From: an uncultured Clostridia bacterium
GTDB lineage: Bacteria > Bacillota > Clostridia > Lachnospirales > CAMZNU01
Length of the DNA: 64,000 bases
Assembly: GCA_947313885.1 (NCBI GenBank)
Contig: CAMZNU010000002.1
Span: forward strand, 4,321-68,320
Reading direction: 5' to 3'
Shown here piece after piece: positions 49,501-58,450 of this stretch. The notes below the pieces were generated by a model, which had not been told where the DNA came from, did no database searches, and worked only from the letters and a program-made list of their open reading frames with translations. Each line of letters begins with the position of its first letter. Positions within the stretch are counted from its first letter, which is position 1. The translations under genes and the position numbers were made by a program.

Positions 49501-50834
49501 GGACAATCGGGACTCTTGCAAACAAAACAGCATTTGGCATAGTATCAGGGTACTATAATGATAGAGGTGAGAAAAAAAGAAAAGCGGAAATAAACAAATT
49601 GAAAAATGGATGTATAGGAGTAAAAAGAACAACAGGACAACATCCAGGTGGATTAATGGTAGTGCCTAATGACTATTCGATATACGATTTTTGTCCTATA
49701 CAACGTCCAGCTAATGATCAAAGTAGTGGTACAATTACAACGCATTTTGATTATAATGCGATAAGTGGTAGATTGCTAAAGCTTGATATACTAGGTCATG
49801 ATAATCCAACTATAGTTAAAATGTTGTTAGATAATACGGGGTTAGATTGTAGAGATATAGACTTAGGCGATAAAGATGTTATATCACTATTTAGGTCACC
49901 AGAAGCATTAGGAGTAACAAAAGAAGAGATAGACTGTAACACAGGAAGTTTAGGGTTACCAGAGTTTGGGACATCTTTTGTTAGACAAATGCTAGAAGAG
50001 ACGAAACCAAATTCATTTTCAGAGCTTGTTAGGATTTCAGGATTATCACATGGTACAGATGTGTGGACTAATAATGGGCAAGAATTAGTAAAAAGTGGAG
50101 TTGCGACTCTAAAAGAAATAATACCTACAAGAGATGATATTATGGTTTATTTAATACAAAAAGGTTTAGATGAATTAAAAGCATTTAAAATAATGGAGAA
50201 TGTGCGAAAAGGTAAAGGGTTAACAGAAGAAGAGGAAAAACTTATGGTAGATAAAGATGTACCGACGTGGTATATCGAATCATGTAAAAAAATCAAATAT
50301 ATGTTTCCAAAAGGACATGCTGTTGCATATGTAATGATGACAGTTAGAATTGCATATTATAAAATGCATTACCCATATGCATTTTATCAAGCTATTTTCA
50401 CAGTTAAAGGTAACGACTTTGATTATAAAATGATGTGTGAAGGAATAGAAAAAGTCAAATTATTGGCAAAAGAAATAAATGATAAAGGATATAATAAGAC
50501 GACAAAGGATGGGGGAACGTTAGTTTTATTAGAATTATGCCAAGAATTTTATTCTAGAGGGTTAAAGTTTAAAAAAGTAGATATTTATAAGTCTAGTAAT
50601 AAGAAATTTATAATTACTAAAGAAGGTTTATTACCACCGCTATCGTCAATACAAGGATTAGGCGGTAATGCAGGAGAAAATGTAGTGAATGCGAGAAAAG
50701 ACGGAAAGTTTACTACTATTGAAGATTTCGCACAGAGAACGAAAGTAAATAAAACAGTTATAGAAATTTTAAAAACCATAAATGTTTTCGATGGATTAGC
50801 GGAAAAAAACCAATTAAGTTTATTGGATATTTAA
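46503..50834 (+). CDS. polC: DNA polymerase III PolC-type
   Basis: 1443 aa. PHP domain (VELHLHTNMS), exonuclease (FVVFDVETTGL, HRALEDA), Zn finger (CKKCQY..CPNC), polymerase core. Confidence 0.96.
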   Translation: MRNKTLFEVFPNVQFSEKYKEIKVSKVNFDEKNKAITIKCNSSIKMEEKDRQHLEKKILEKLDYLKEVNVESTFISNDSPEEVIDKYFRNVIDMFKDASTFTYTILKKSKYYIRGNSLLIEVNEDLYFYVIGKEIDKSINSILKREYNLDINVSFEIVKEGMTTENYKKNKDEELKSMISSLALNDRDKPKKEENNKERKKSKKNRKYKTRRKNGVNYVEKISGEICAILDGIVQDDETIIKGEIFELEVKEIKNDKLLISFDMFDESSAVTVKFFITKEIYEEEFKEKLYNGDEVIVKGYVRYDNYDKELNIMANEICHGENKIKEEKDEEEIKRVELHLHTNMSSMDGINSIKDYIKKAKKYGHKSLAITDHGVVQAFPEAMNEVRDIDFKLIYGVEAYLINDIELVVGNVRNQNIEDEFVVFDVETTGLYSNTNKIIEIGAVKIKNMEIIETFSVLINPNEMLSDKIIKLTGITDNMLEDKGDVESEIDKFIDFIGKSILVGHNVKFDIGFLNKAVKDVKGEELENTFIDTVTLCQGIFNGNDKFKNFKLDTIARNLGISLETHHRALEDAKATGKILIHCLKVLEKDGITKIEHINEYIAKKIDYKKIRPNHCIILVKNLKGLKNLYKLISESHINNYYRNPRIPKSLLVENKEGLIIGSACEAGELYKNIIGNMPKSYIKKISQLYNYFEIQPLENNKYLIKNGAVTDTRLIEINREIVKLGDVENKIVVGTGDVHFLNKVDKVYREILMSSKGFKDAEDQPPLYYKSTKEMLNNFSYLGKKKAYEIVVTNTNKISDLVDKINPIPDGTFPPKIEGADKELEKIAYEKARSLYGDDLPKVVEQRLNRELTSIISNGFAVMYIIAQKLVKDSEKAGYLVGSRGSVGSSFAATMGGITEVNPLPPHYYCKKCQYNDFDSELVLSFAGGTGYDMPDKNCPNCATKLTKEGHDIPFETFLGFDGDKEPDIDLNFSGDYQGKAHEYTEKLFGEGYVYKAGTIGTLANKTAFGIVSGYYNDRGEKKRKAEINKLKNGCIGVKRTTGQHPGGLMVVPNDYSIYDFCPIQRPANDQSSGTITTHFDYNAISGRLLKLDILGHDNPTIVKMLLDNTGLDCRDIDLGDKDVISLFRSPEALGVTKEEIDCNTGSLGLPEFGTSFVRQMLEETKPNSFSELVRISGLSHGTDVWTNNGQELVKSGVATLKEIIPTRDDIMVYLIQKGLDELKAFKIMENVRKGKGLTEEEEKLMVDKDVPTWYIESCKKIKYMFPKGHAVAYVMMTVRIAYYKMHYPYAFYQAIFTVKGNDFDYKMMCEGIEKVKLLAKEINDKGYNKTTKDGGTLVLLELCQEFYSRGLKFKKVDIYKSSNKKFIITKEGLLPPLSSIQGLGGNAGENVVNARKDGKFTTIEDFAQRTKVNKTVIEILKTINVFDGLAEKNQLSLLDI

Positions 50835-51120
50835 TATCATTTAAAATATATAAAGGGCTTTGTACAAAAACAAAGATAATAAAACAGTTATAGAAATTTT
50901 AAAAACCACAAATGTTTTCGATGGATTAGCGGAAAAAAACCAATTAAGTTTATTGGATATTTAATATCATTTAAAATATATTAAGGATTTTGTACAAAAA
51001 CAAAGGTAATAAAACAGTTATAGAAATTTTAAAAACCATAAATGGTTTTGATGGATTAGCGGAAAAAACAATTAAGTTTATTGAATATTTAATATTGTTT
51101 AAAAAATATATAGGCGTAAA
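50733..51120 (+). repeat. Three tandem 130-bp copies of the polC 3' end plus about 45 nt of downstream sequence
   Basis: Unit starts (aaaacagtta) at 50751, 50881 and 51011. Copy 1 versus copy 2: 5 mismatches in 130 by manual count. Copy 3 has a 2-nt deletion and more substitutions. Confidence 0.95.
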
Positions 51121-51144
51121 GACATTTATATAGACATTTATATA
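51121..51144 (+). repeat. Perfect 12-bp tandem direct repeat (gacatttatata x2) just upstream of the nifJ promoter
   Basis: gacatttatata gacatttatata, read directly from the sequence. Confidence 0.9.
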
Positions 51145-51149
51145 AAAAA

Positions 51150-51177
51150 TTGTTACAATAATAACATGCAATACAAT
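51150..51177 (+). promoter_or_regulatory. Possible sigmaA promoter for nifJ
   Basis: TTGTTA, 16-nt spacer, TACAAT, 30 nt upstream of the ATG. Confidence 0.4.
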
Positions 51178-51207
51178 AATTATTTTAATATATAGGAGGA
51201 TAGCTTT

Positions 51208-54200
51208 ATGGCAAAAATTATAAAAACAATGGATGGAAATGCAGCGGCAACGTATACGTCATATGCATTTACAGAAGTTGCGGGTATTTTCCCGATTACG
51301 CCATCGTCTCAAATGGCAGAGTTAGCAGATGAAATGTCGGCTAACGGAGTAAAAAATATGTTTGGGCAAACAGTAGAAGTTATAGAAATGCAATCAGAAG
51401 CAGGTGCAGCGGGCACGGTTCATGGTTCATTACAAGCAGGAGCTTTAACAACTACGTTTACAGCATCACAAGGTTTATTACTTAAAATACCAAATATGTA
51501 TAAAATAGCAGGGGAATTATTACCATGTGTTATACATGTTAGTGCGAGAGCAATAGCAGGACATGCACTGTCGATATTTGGAGATCATTCAGATGTTATG
51601 GCGGCAAGACAAACAGGATTTGCTATGTTAGCGTCTAATAGTGTACAAGAAGTTGCTGACTTATCAGCTGTAGCACATTTATCTACATTAAAAGGTAAAG
51701 TTCCTTTTATTCATTTTTTTGATGGATTTCGTACGTCACATGAAATTCAAAAAGTGGAGTGCTTAGAATATAGTGACTTTGCAGACTTGGTAGATATGAA
51801 TGCTGTTGAAGAATTTAGAAAAAGTGGTTTAAATCCAGAAAGTCCAGTAACAAGAGGTTCAGCACAAAATCCTGATATATTCTTCCAAGGTAAAGAGGCA
51901 TCAAATAAATATTATAATGAATTACCAGCTATAGTTGAAGACTATATGGATAAAATAAATAAATTAACAGGTAGAGATTATCAGTTATTTAATTACTATG
52001 GTGCTAAAGATGCAGATAGAGTTATTATAGCTATGGGTTCTGGTGTTGAGGCTATAGAGGAAACAGTAGATTATTTAAATAGCATTGGCGAAAAAGTAGG
52101 AGTTATTAAAGTAAGATTATTTAGACCATTCTCTTTAGATCACTTCGTAAAATCAATACCAGCATCAGCTACTAAAATAGCTGTTTTAGATAGAACAAAA
52201 GAACCAGGATCATTAGGAGAGCCATTATACCAAGACGTATGTACAGCATTAGTTGAGAAAGATTTAAAATTAACAGTAGTAGGTGGACGTTATGCATTAG
52301 GCTCTAAAGATTTCACACCAGCACAAGTTGTTTCAGTGTTTAACAACTTAAAAGAAGAAAAACCAAAAAATCACTTTACAGTAGGTATAGTTGATGACGT
52401 TACACATACATCTTTAGAAGTAGGAGATGAATTAGATCTTGCAGATGCAGATACAAAAAGTTGTAAATTCTGGGGATTAGGTTCAGATGGTACAATTGGA
52501 GCTAATAAAAACTCAATTAAAATAATTGGTGATAATACAGATTTATATGCACAAGCATATTTCTCATATGATTCAAAAAAATCAGGCGGTATTACACAAT
52601 CACATTTACGTTTTGGTAAAAAACCAATTCGCTCAACTTATTTAGTAAATAAAGCAGATTTCGTTGCTTGTCATAAACCATCGTATTTAGAAAAATATGA
52701 TATGTTAAAAGATATTAAAGAAAACGGTACATTTTTATTAAACTGTTCTTGGTCAGTTGAGGAATTAGAAAGTAATTTACCAGCTAACGTTAAAAGACAA
52801 ATAGCTAATAAAAACATTAAATTTTATACTTTAGATGCTACTAGTATTGCTAAGGAAATAGGATTAGGAAATAGAGTTAACACTATACTTCAAGCAGGAT
52901 TTTTCAATTTAACGAAAATCATCCCAACAGAAGATGCTGTTAAATATATGAAAAATGCAATTCAAAAATCATATGGTAACAAAGGTGAAAAAATCGTTAA
53001 CATGAATAATCAAGCTGTAGATAAAGGAATAACAGCAGCAGTTCAAGTTACAATACCTAGTGCATGGGCTACAGCAGAAGATGTTAAAAAAGAAGCGAGC
53101 AAAGAAGAAAAACCAGTATACGTATCAACAATAGTAGATCCGATAAATGCTTTAAAAGGTGATGACTTACCTGTAAGTACATTTATGGACTTCGTTGATG
53201 GAACTATGCCAAATGGTACAGCGGCATATGAAAAACGTGGAATAGCAGTAGATGTTCCAGAATGGATTGCAGATAAATGTATACAATGTAATCAATGTGC
53301 ATACGTATGCCCTCATTCATGTATTAGACCATTCATAGCAACAGATGAAAGCTTAGCGAATAAACCAAAAGGTTATGAAACTATTAAAGGTCGTGGAAAA
53401 GGTTTAGAAAACTATAATTATAGAATGCAAGTAGATACATTAGATTGTACAGGTTGCGGAAACTGTGTTCAAATATGTCCAGCTAAAGAGAAAGCTCTAG
53501 TTATGGAACCTATGGAAACACAAATGAAAGAAATGGAAAATTGGTATTATAGCTTAAACCTACCAGTAGTAGAAAATCCAATAAATAAAGAAACAGTTAA
53601 AGGTTCACAATTTGAAACGCCATTATTTGAGTTCTCGGGAGCTTGTGCAGGTTGTGGAGAAACACCATATGCAAAATTATTAACACAATTATTTGGTGAT
53701 AGAATGTATATTGCTAATGCAACAGGATGTTCATCAATTTGGGGAGCATCATCACCAGCTACGCCATATACTACTAATCATAAAGGTCAAGGACCAGCAT
53801 GGGCAAACTCATTATTTGAAGATAATGCAGAGTTTGGATTAGGTATGTTAGCAGGACAAGAAAAAATTAGAGAAGGTGTTAAAGCTAAAGTGGAAGAACT
53901 ATCAACTAGCACATCAGACTCTAACGTGAAAAATGCAATTACTAATTGGATTGACACATATAATGATGGTGAAGCTTCTAAATTAAGTTCACTTACATTA
54001 GTTGACACATTAGCAAAAGCTAAATTATCAGGAGCGGAAAAAGTATTAGCAGAAAAAGTATTAAAAGATAAAAACTTCCTAAACAAAAAATCACAATGGA
54101 TTTTAGGAGGAGATGGATGGGCGTATGACATTGGTTATGGTGGATTAGATCACGTATTAGCTAGTGGAAGAAATGTAAATGTTTTAGTATTTGATACAGA

Positions 54201-54741
54201 AGTGTACTCAAATACAGGCGGACAATCTTCAAAATCATCACCACGTGCATCAGTTGCAAAATTTGCAGCATCAGGTAAGAGACTTAGAAAGAAAGATTTA
54301 GGACTAATATGTATGAGTTATGGTTATGTATACGTTGCACAAGTTGCAATGGGAGCTAATCAAAATCAATTAATTAAAGCTATGGTTGAAGCGGAAAAAT
54401 ATGATGGACCATCTTTAATAATCGCGTACTCACCTTGTATTGCACACGGAATAAAAGGTGGATTATTTAACACGCAAGCACAAACTAAAAAAGCTGTTGA
54501 ATGTGGATACTGGCATTTATATAGATACAACCCATTATTAGAAGAACAAGGCAAAAATCCATTTATATTAGACTCAAAAGAGCCAAACGGAAAAATACAA
54601 GAGTTTATTAATAGTGAAGTAAGATACACATCTTTAAGATTAGCATTCCCAGATGTAGCCGAAGAGCTATTTACGGAAATGGAAAAAGATTGTAATAGAA
54701 GATATGAAAGCTATAAAAGATTGGAACAAGCAAAATGGTAA
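51208..54741 (+). CDS. nifJ: Pyruvate:ferredoxin (flavodoxin) oxidoreductase
   Basis: 1177 aa single-chain PFOR. Ferredoxin motifs CIQCNQCAYVCP and CTGCGNCVQICP. TPP site GGDGWAYDIG. Confidence 0.95.
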   Translation: MAKIIKTMDGNAAATYTSYAFTEVAGIFPITPSSQMAELADEMSANGVKNMFGQTVEVIEMQSEAGAAGTVHGSLQAGALTTTFTASQGLLLKIPNMYKIAGELLPCVIHVSARAIAGHALSIFGDHSDVMAARQTGFAMLASNSVQEVADLSAVAHLSTLKGKVPFIHFFDGFRTSHEIQKVECLEYSDFADLVDMNAVEEFRKSGLNPESPVTRGSAQNPDIFFQGKEASNKYYNELPAIVEDYMDKINKLTGRDYQLFNYYGAKDADRVIIAMGSGVEAIEETVDYLNSIGEKVGVIKVRLFRPFSLDHFVKSIPASATKIAVLDRTKEPGSLGEPLYQDVCTALVEKDLKLTVVGGRYALGSKDFTPAQVVSVFNNLKEEKPKNHFTVGIVDDVTHTSLEVGDELDLADADTKSCKFWGLGSDGTIGANKNSIKIIGDNTDLYAQAYFSYDSKKSGGITQSHLRFGKKPIRSTYLVNKADFVACHKPSYLEKYDMLKDIKENGTFLLNCSWSVEELESNLPANVKRQIANKNIKFYTLDATSIAKEIGLGNRVNTILQAGFFNLTKIIPTEDAVKYMKNAIQKSYGNKGEKIVNMNNQAVDKGITAAVQVTIPSAWATAEDVKKEASKEEKPVYVSTIVDPINALKGDDLPVSTFMDFVDGTMPNGTAAYEKRGIAVDVPEWIADKCIQCNQCAYVCPHSCIRPFIATDESLANKPKGYETIKGRGKGLENYNYRMQVDTLDCTGCGNCVQICPAKEKALVMEPMETQMKEMENWYYSLNLPVVENPINKETVKGSQFETPLFEFSGACAGCGETPYAKLLTQLFGDRMYIANATGCSSIWGASSPATPYTTNHKGQGPAWANSLFEDNAEFGLGMLAGQEKIREGVKAKVEELSTSTSDSNVKNAITNWIDTYNDGEASKLSSLTLVDTLAKAKLSGAEKVLAEKVLKDKNFLNKKSQWILGGDGWAYDIGYGGLDHVLASGRNVNVLVFDTEVYSNTGGQSSKSSPRASVAKFAASGKRLRKKDLGLICMSYGYVYVAQVAMGANQNQLIKAMVEAEKYDGPSLIIAYSPCIAHGIKGGLFNTQAQTKKAVECGYWHLYRYNPLLEEQGKNPFILDSKEPNGKIQEFINSEVRYTSLRLAFPDVAEELFTEMEKDCNRRYESYKRLEQAKW

Positions 54742-54764
54742 CAATACTACTTGTTAAGACATAT

Positions 54765-54825
54765 TCTTAGTTAGGTAGTTATTATAACTAAGATAAAGCT
54801 ACGGTAGTTATTCTGTAGCTTTATC
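54765..54825 (+). terminator. Two abutting hairpins with different stems and the same loop sequence; the second acts as the nifJ terminator
   Basis: Hairpin 1: stem 54765-73/54785-93, loop ggtagttatta. Hairpin 2: stem 54792-802/54815-25, loop ggtagttattct, followed by T-rich sequence. Confidence 0.7.
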
Positions 54826-54862
54826 TTTATCTTTATATTTATATTTAAAGGAGGATTTAAAC

Positions 54863-56320
54863 ATGGAGCAATTAACGAACATAGTAAATTCGATTAATGG
54901 TATTGTGTGGAGTGATGCTTTAGTAGCATTATGTCTTATAACAGGACTGTACTTTTCTTTTAAGACTAATTTCTTGCAAGTTAGACACTGGAAAGAAATG
55001 TTAAGGTTGTTATTAGACAAAGAAAGTTCAAAAGAAGGTATATCATCATTTCAAGCATTATCTGTATCATTATCTGGACGTGTAGGTACAGGTAATATAG
55101 TAGGGGTTGCAGCAGCAATAGCATTTGGAGGACCAGGAGCAGTTTTTTGGATGTGGATGATAGCATTTTTAGGAGCAGGTTCAGCGTTTGTAGAATCTAC
55201 ATTAGGGCAAATTTATAAAGTTGAGCAAGATGGAGAGTATCGTGGAGGACCAGCATACTACATAGAAAAAGGTTTAAAAATGAAGTGGTATGGATTATTT
55301 TTCGCAATGTTCACTTTAATGGCGATGACATTATTTTTACCAGGGACACAAGCTAACAGTATAGCAGAAAGTTTAAATAATGCCTTTAATATACCTAAAT
55401 TATATTCTGGTATATTTTTAGTTGTATTATTAGGGTTCATAATATTTGGTGGAGTTAAGAAAATAGGTAAAACAGCAGAAATAATTGTACCTTTTATGGG
55501 GATTGCATATATTTTAGTTGCTTTAATTATTATCGTAATTAATTATAAACAAATACCAACAACATTTAGTTTAATATTCACATCAGCATTTGGAGTGAAC
55601 GAGGCACTAGGTGGTATATTAGGTTATACAATTGCATGGGGAGTTAAAAGAGGAATTTATTCTAATGAAGCAGGTCAAGGTACAGGACCACATGCAGCAG
55701 CAGCAGCAGAAGTTAGTCATCCTGTAAAACAAGGATTAGTTCAAGCGTTTTCAGTATACATAGACACTTTATTTGTTTGTACAGCTACAGCACTTATGAT
55801 TTTAACAACTAATTCATATAGCGTTTATCAAGGTGGAACTCTTGAAAGTGGATCTATATCAGGATTCGGATTTATGAACGGTGTAGGAGCAGGTACAGAA
55901 TATACTCAAGCGGCAGTAGAATCAGTATTTCCAGGATTCGGAGCAGGATTTATAGCTATATCATTATTTTTCTTTGCATTTACTACAATAATGGCATATT
56001 ACTATATGGCAGAAACTAACGTTGCATATATAACTAAAAATTCTAATATGAGTAAAAAAACATTATACTTAGTTCTTAGAGTTACATTATTAACTAGTGT
56101 GTTGATTTTTGCAGTTAACACATCAGATTTAGCATGGGGGCTAGGTGATATCGGTGTTGGAATTATGGCATGGTTAAACATAGTTGCTATTTTATTATTA
56201 TCAAAACCAGCACTTATAGCTTTAAAAGATTATGAAAAACAGAAAAAAGAAGGTAAAGACCCAACATTTGATCCTAAAGCGTTAGGAATTGAAAATGCAG
56301 ATTTTTGGGAAAATAAATAA
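54863..56320 (+). CDS. Alanine/glycine:cation symporter (AGCS family), paralog 1
   Basis: 485 aa polytopic protein. FQALSVSLSGRVGTGNIVGVA AGCS signature. Confidence 0.88.
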   Translation: MEQLTNIVNSINGIVWSDALVALCLITGLYFSFKTNFLQVRHWKEMLRLLLDKESSKEGISSFQALSVSLSGRVGTGNIVGVAAAIAFGGPGAVFWMWMIAFLGAGSAFVESTLGQIYKVEQDGEYRGGPAYYIEKGLKMKWYGLFFAMFTLMAMTLFLPGTQANSIAESLNNAFNIPKLYSGIFLVVLLGFIIFGGVKKIGKTAEIIVPFMGIAYILVALIIIVINYKQIPTTFSLIFTSAFGVNEALGGILGYTIAWGVKRGIYSNEAGQGTGPHAAAAAEVSHPVKQGLVQAFSVYIDTLFVCTATALMILTTNSYSVYQGGTLESGSISGFGFMNGVGAGTEYTQAAVESVFPGFGAGFIAISLFFFAFTTIMAYYYMAETNVAYITKNSNMSKKTLYLVLRVTLLTSVLIFAVNTSDLAWGLGDIGVGIMAWLNIVAILLLSKPALIALKDYEKQKKEGKDPTFDPKALGIENADFWENK

Positions 56321-56340
56321 GAGAAGTTTATAGAATCATA

Positions 56341-56396
56341 AAAAGTGTATGAATAAAAAACTCAACGTGAGTTTTAATTCATACACTTTTTTTAAA
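56341..56396 (+). terminator. Terminator after AGCS paralog 1
   Basis: aaaagtgtatgaat / attcatacactttt stem with an inner hairpin, followed by a T-run. Confidence 0.8.
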
Positions 56397-56762
56397 AAAA
56401 TAATTTAGATTAAAAAGCAAAGTATTTTAGTTAAAAGAGAAGATGAAATATATTTTATAATGAATTATACACTAATAAAATATAGTGTGTATTGCAATTA
56501 TCCATAAAATAAGTTAAACTATTAGCAATATGATATAAGTATTTAAAATAAAAACTGTTTAATTTAAATAATTAAGCAAAAAATAATTGTGTTATTAAGA
56601 TGTTTAAGTTAAAAAAATTAAAATGTGAAATATGGATATAATATTTATAGTGTATTTAATAATATAAAATAACAAAAATCATGCAAGAAAAAAGAAGAGT
56701 GTTATAAAGTGTGGACCTATGTAAAATAGTTTCATAATCTATATTTTTTTAAGGAGGATAAA

Positions 56763-58223
56763 GTGGAACAACTAACGAACATTGTAAATTCAATAAATGC
56801 TGTTGTATGGAGTAATATATTTGTAGGGGCTTGCCTTTTATTAGGGTTAATGTTTTCTTTTAAAACTAATTTTGTGCAAGTTCGACAATTAAAAGAAATG
56901 ATAAGGTTATTATTCGATACAAAAAGTTCTGAACAAGGCATATCATCATTTCAAGCTTTAACAGTGTCTTTATCAGGCAGGATAGGTACAAGTAACATAG
57001 TAGGCGTTGCTATAGCAATAGCCTTTGGAGGACCAGGGGCTATTTTTTGGATGTGGATGATAGCGTTTTTAGGTGCAAGCTCAACATTTATAGAGTCTAC
57101 ATTAGGTCAAATTTATAAAGTTGAGCAAAATGGACAGTATCGTGGTGGACCAGCATATTATATTGAAAAAGGTTTAAAAATGAAGTGGTATGGTTTAGTA
57201 TTTTCTATATTTACTTTAGTTGCTATGACATTGTTTTTACCAGGAATTCAGGCAAATAGTATAGTAGAAGGTTTAAACAATGCATTTAATATACCTAAGT
57301 TATATTCAGCTATAGGATTAGTTATGCTATTATCAGCGATAATATTTGGTGGAGTTAAAAAAATAGGTAGAGTCGCAGAAATAATAGTACCTTTTATGGG
57401 CATCGCATACATAATAGTAGCGTTAATTGTAATTGGCGTAAATTACAAAGAAATACCTACAACATTTAACTTAATCTTTACATCAGCATTTGGTATAAAT
57501 GAAGCATTAAGCGGGATCTTAGGCTATACAATTACATTAGGAGTTAGAAGAGGATTATACTCTAATGAAGTAGGACAAGGTTCAGTATCACACCCAGCGG
57601 CAGCGGCAGAAGTTAGTCATCCAGCTAAGCAAGGTTTAGTTCAAGCATTTTCAGTATATATAGATACTTTATTTGTTTGTACAGCGACGGCATTTATGAT
57701 TTTAACGACTAAGTCATATAGTGTTTATCAAAATGGAAATATTGACAATGGATCAATATCAGGCTTTGGTCTCATGGACGGAATAGAAGTAGGAACAAAA
57801 TATACTCAAAGTGCTGTAGAAACAGTGTTCCCAAATTTGGGTGCTGGGTTTGTAGCTGTAGCATTATTTTTCTTTGCATTTACTACAATAATGGCGTATT
57901 ACTACATGGCAGAGACCAACGTTGCATATATAAGTAAAAATTCTAATGTAAATAAAAAAATATTATATTTTACTCTTAGAATATCATTATTAGTTAGTGT
58001 TTTAATTTTCGCCATCAATGGATCAGATTTAGCATGGGGATTAGGAGATATCGGCGTTGGAGTTATGGCGTGGTTAAATACAGTAGCAATTATATTGTTA
58101 GCAAAGCCCGCGCTATTAGCACTAAAAGATTACGAGACACAAAGAAAAGAAGACAAAGAACCAACATTTGACCCGAAAGCACTAGGAATTGAAAATGCAG
58201 ATTTTTGGGAAAATAAATTATAG
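56763..58223 (+). CDS. Alanine/glycine:cation symporter (AGCS family), paralog 2
   Basis: 486 aa, roughly 80% identical to paralog 1 by eye. GTG start with aaggagga RBS. Confidence 0.88.
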   Translation: MEQLTNIVNSINAVVWSNIFVGACLLLGLMFSFKTNFVQVRQLKEMIRLLFDTKSSEQGISSFQALTVSLSGRIGTSNIVGVAIAIAFGGPGAIFWMWMIAFLGASSTFIESTLGQIYKVEQNGQYRGGPAYYIEKGLKMKWYGLVFSIFTLVAMTLFLPGIQANSIVEGLNNAFNIPKLYSAIGLVMLLSAIIFGGVKKIGRVAEIIVPFMGIAYIIVALIVIGVNYKEIPTTFNLIFTSAFGINEALSGILGYTITLGVRRGLYSNEVGQGSVSHPAAAAEVSHPAKQGLVQAFSVYIDTLFVCTATAFMILTTKSYSVYQNGNIDNGSISGFGLMDGIEVGTKYTQSAVETVFPNLGAGFVAVALFFFAFTTIMAYYYMAETNVAYISKNSNVNKKILYFTLRISLLVSVLIFAINGSDLAWGLGDIGVGVMAWLNTVAIILLAKPALLALKDYETQRKEDKEPTFDPKALGIENADFWENKL

Positions 58224-58237
58224 AAAGCAGTAACGAT

Positions 58238-58273
58238 AAAAAACCAAACTTGTATTTTAAAGTTTGGTTTTTT
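58238..58273 (+). terminator. Terminator after AGCS paralog 2
   Basis: aaaaaccaaactt / aagtttggttttt stem with an 8-nt loop. Confidence 0.85.
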
Positions 58274-58450
58274 ATTTAGGGGAATATTTTTATTAATGAA
58301 TATGTTTATATAATAATTATAGAATATAGAAGAAAAAATAAAGCAAAATATAATAATATATCTTTGCAATTTATAGTTATATACGTTAAAATGATACTAG
58401 TGTAAATAAATAGCATACACTAGTTAACTTATAATATGCAGAGGTAATCA

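Noticed and set aside
50733-51120. Possible CRISPR array or minisatellite-encoded peptide repeats.
   Set aside because: The 130-bp period with no unique spacers is incompatible with CRISPR. Copies 2 and 3 have no start codon or RBS. The minus-strand ORFs 50585-50779 and 50971-51171 are artefacts of the repeat.
54765-54825. An ANTAR-type dual hairpin antiterminator target.
   Set aside because: ANTAR targets have two short stems with hexaloops (conserved A1 and G4). Here the loops are 11-12 nt and the stems 9-11 bp.
56397-56762. A glycine riboswitch or T-box upstream of the AGCS symporter genes (also checked 54742-54862).
   Set aside because: The spacers are extremely AT-rich. They lack the conserved GC-containing cores of a glycine riboswitch (GGAGAG...CACCG type) or a T-box.
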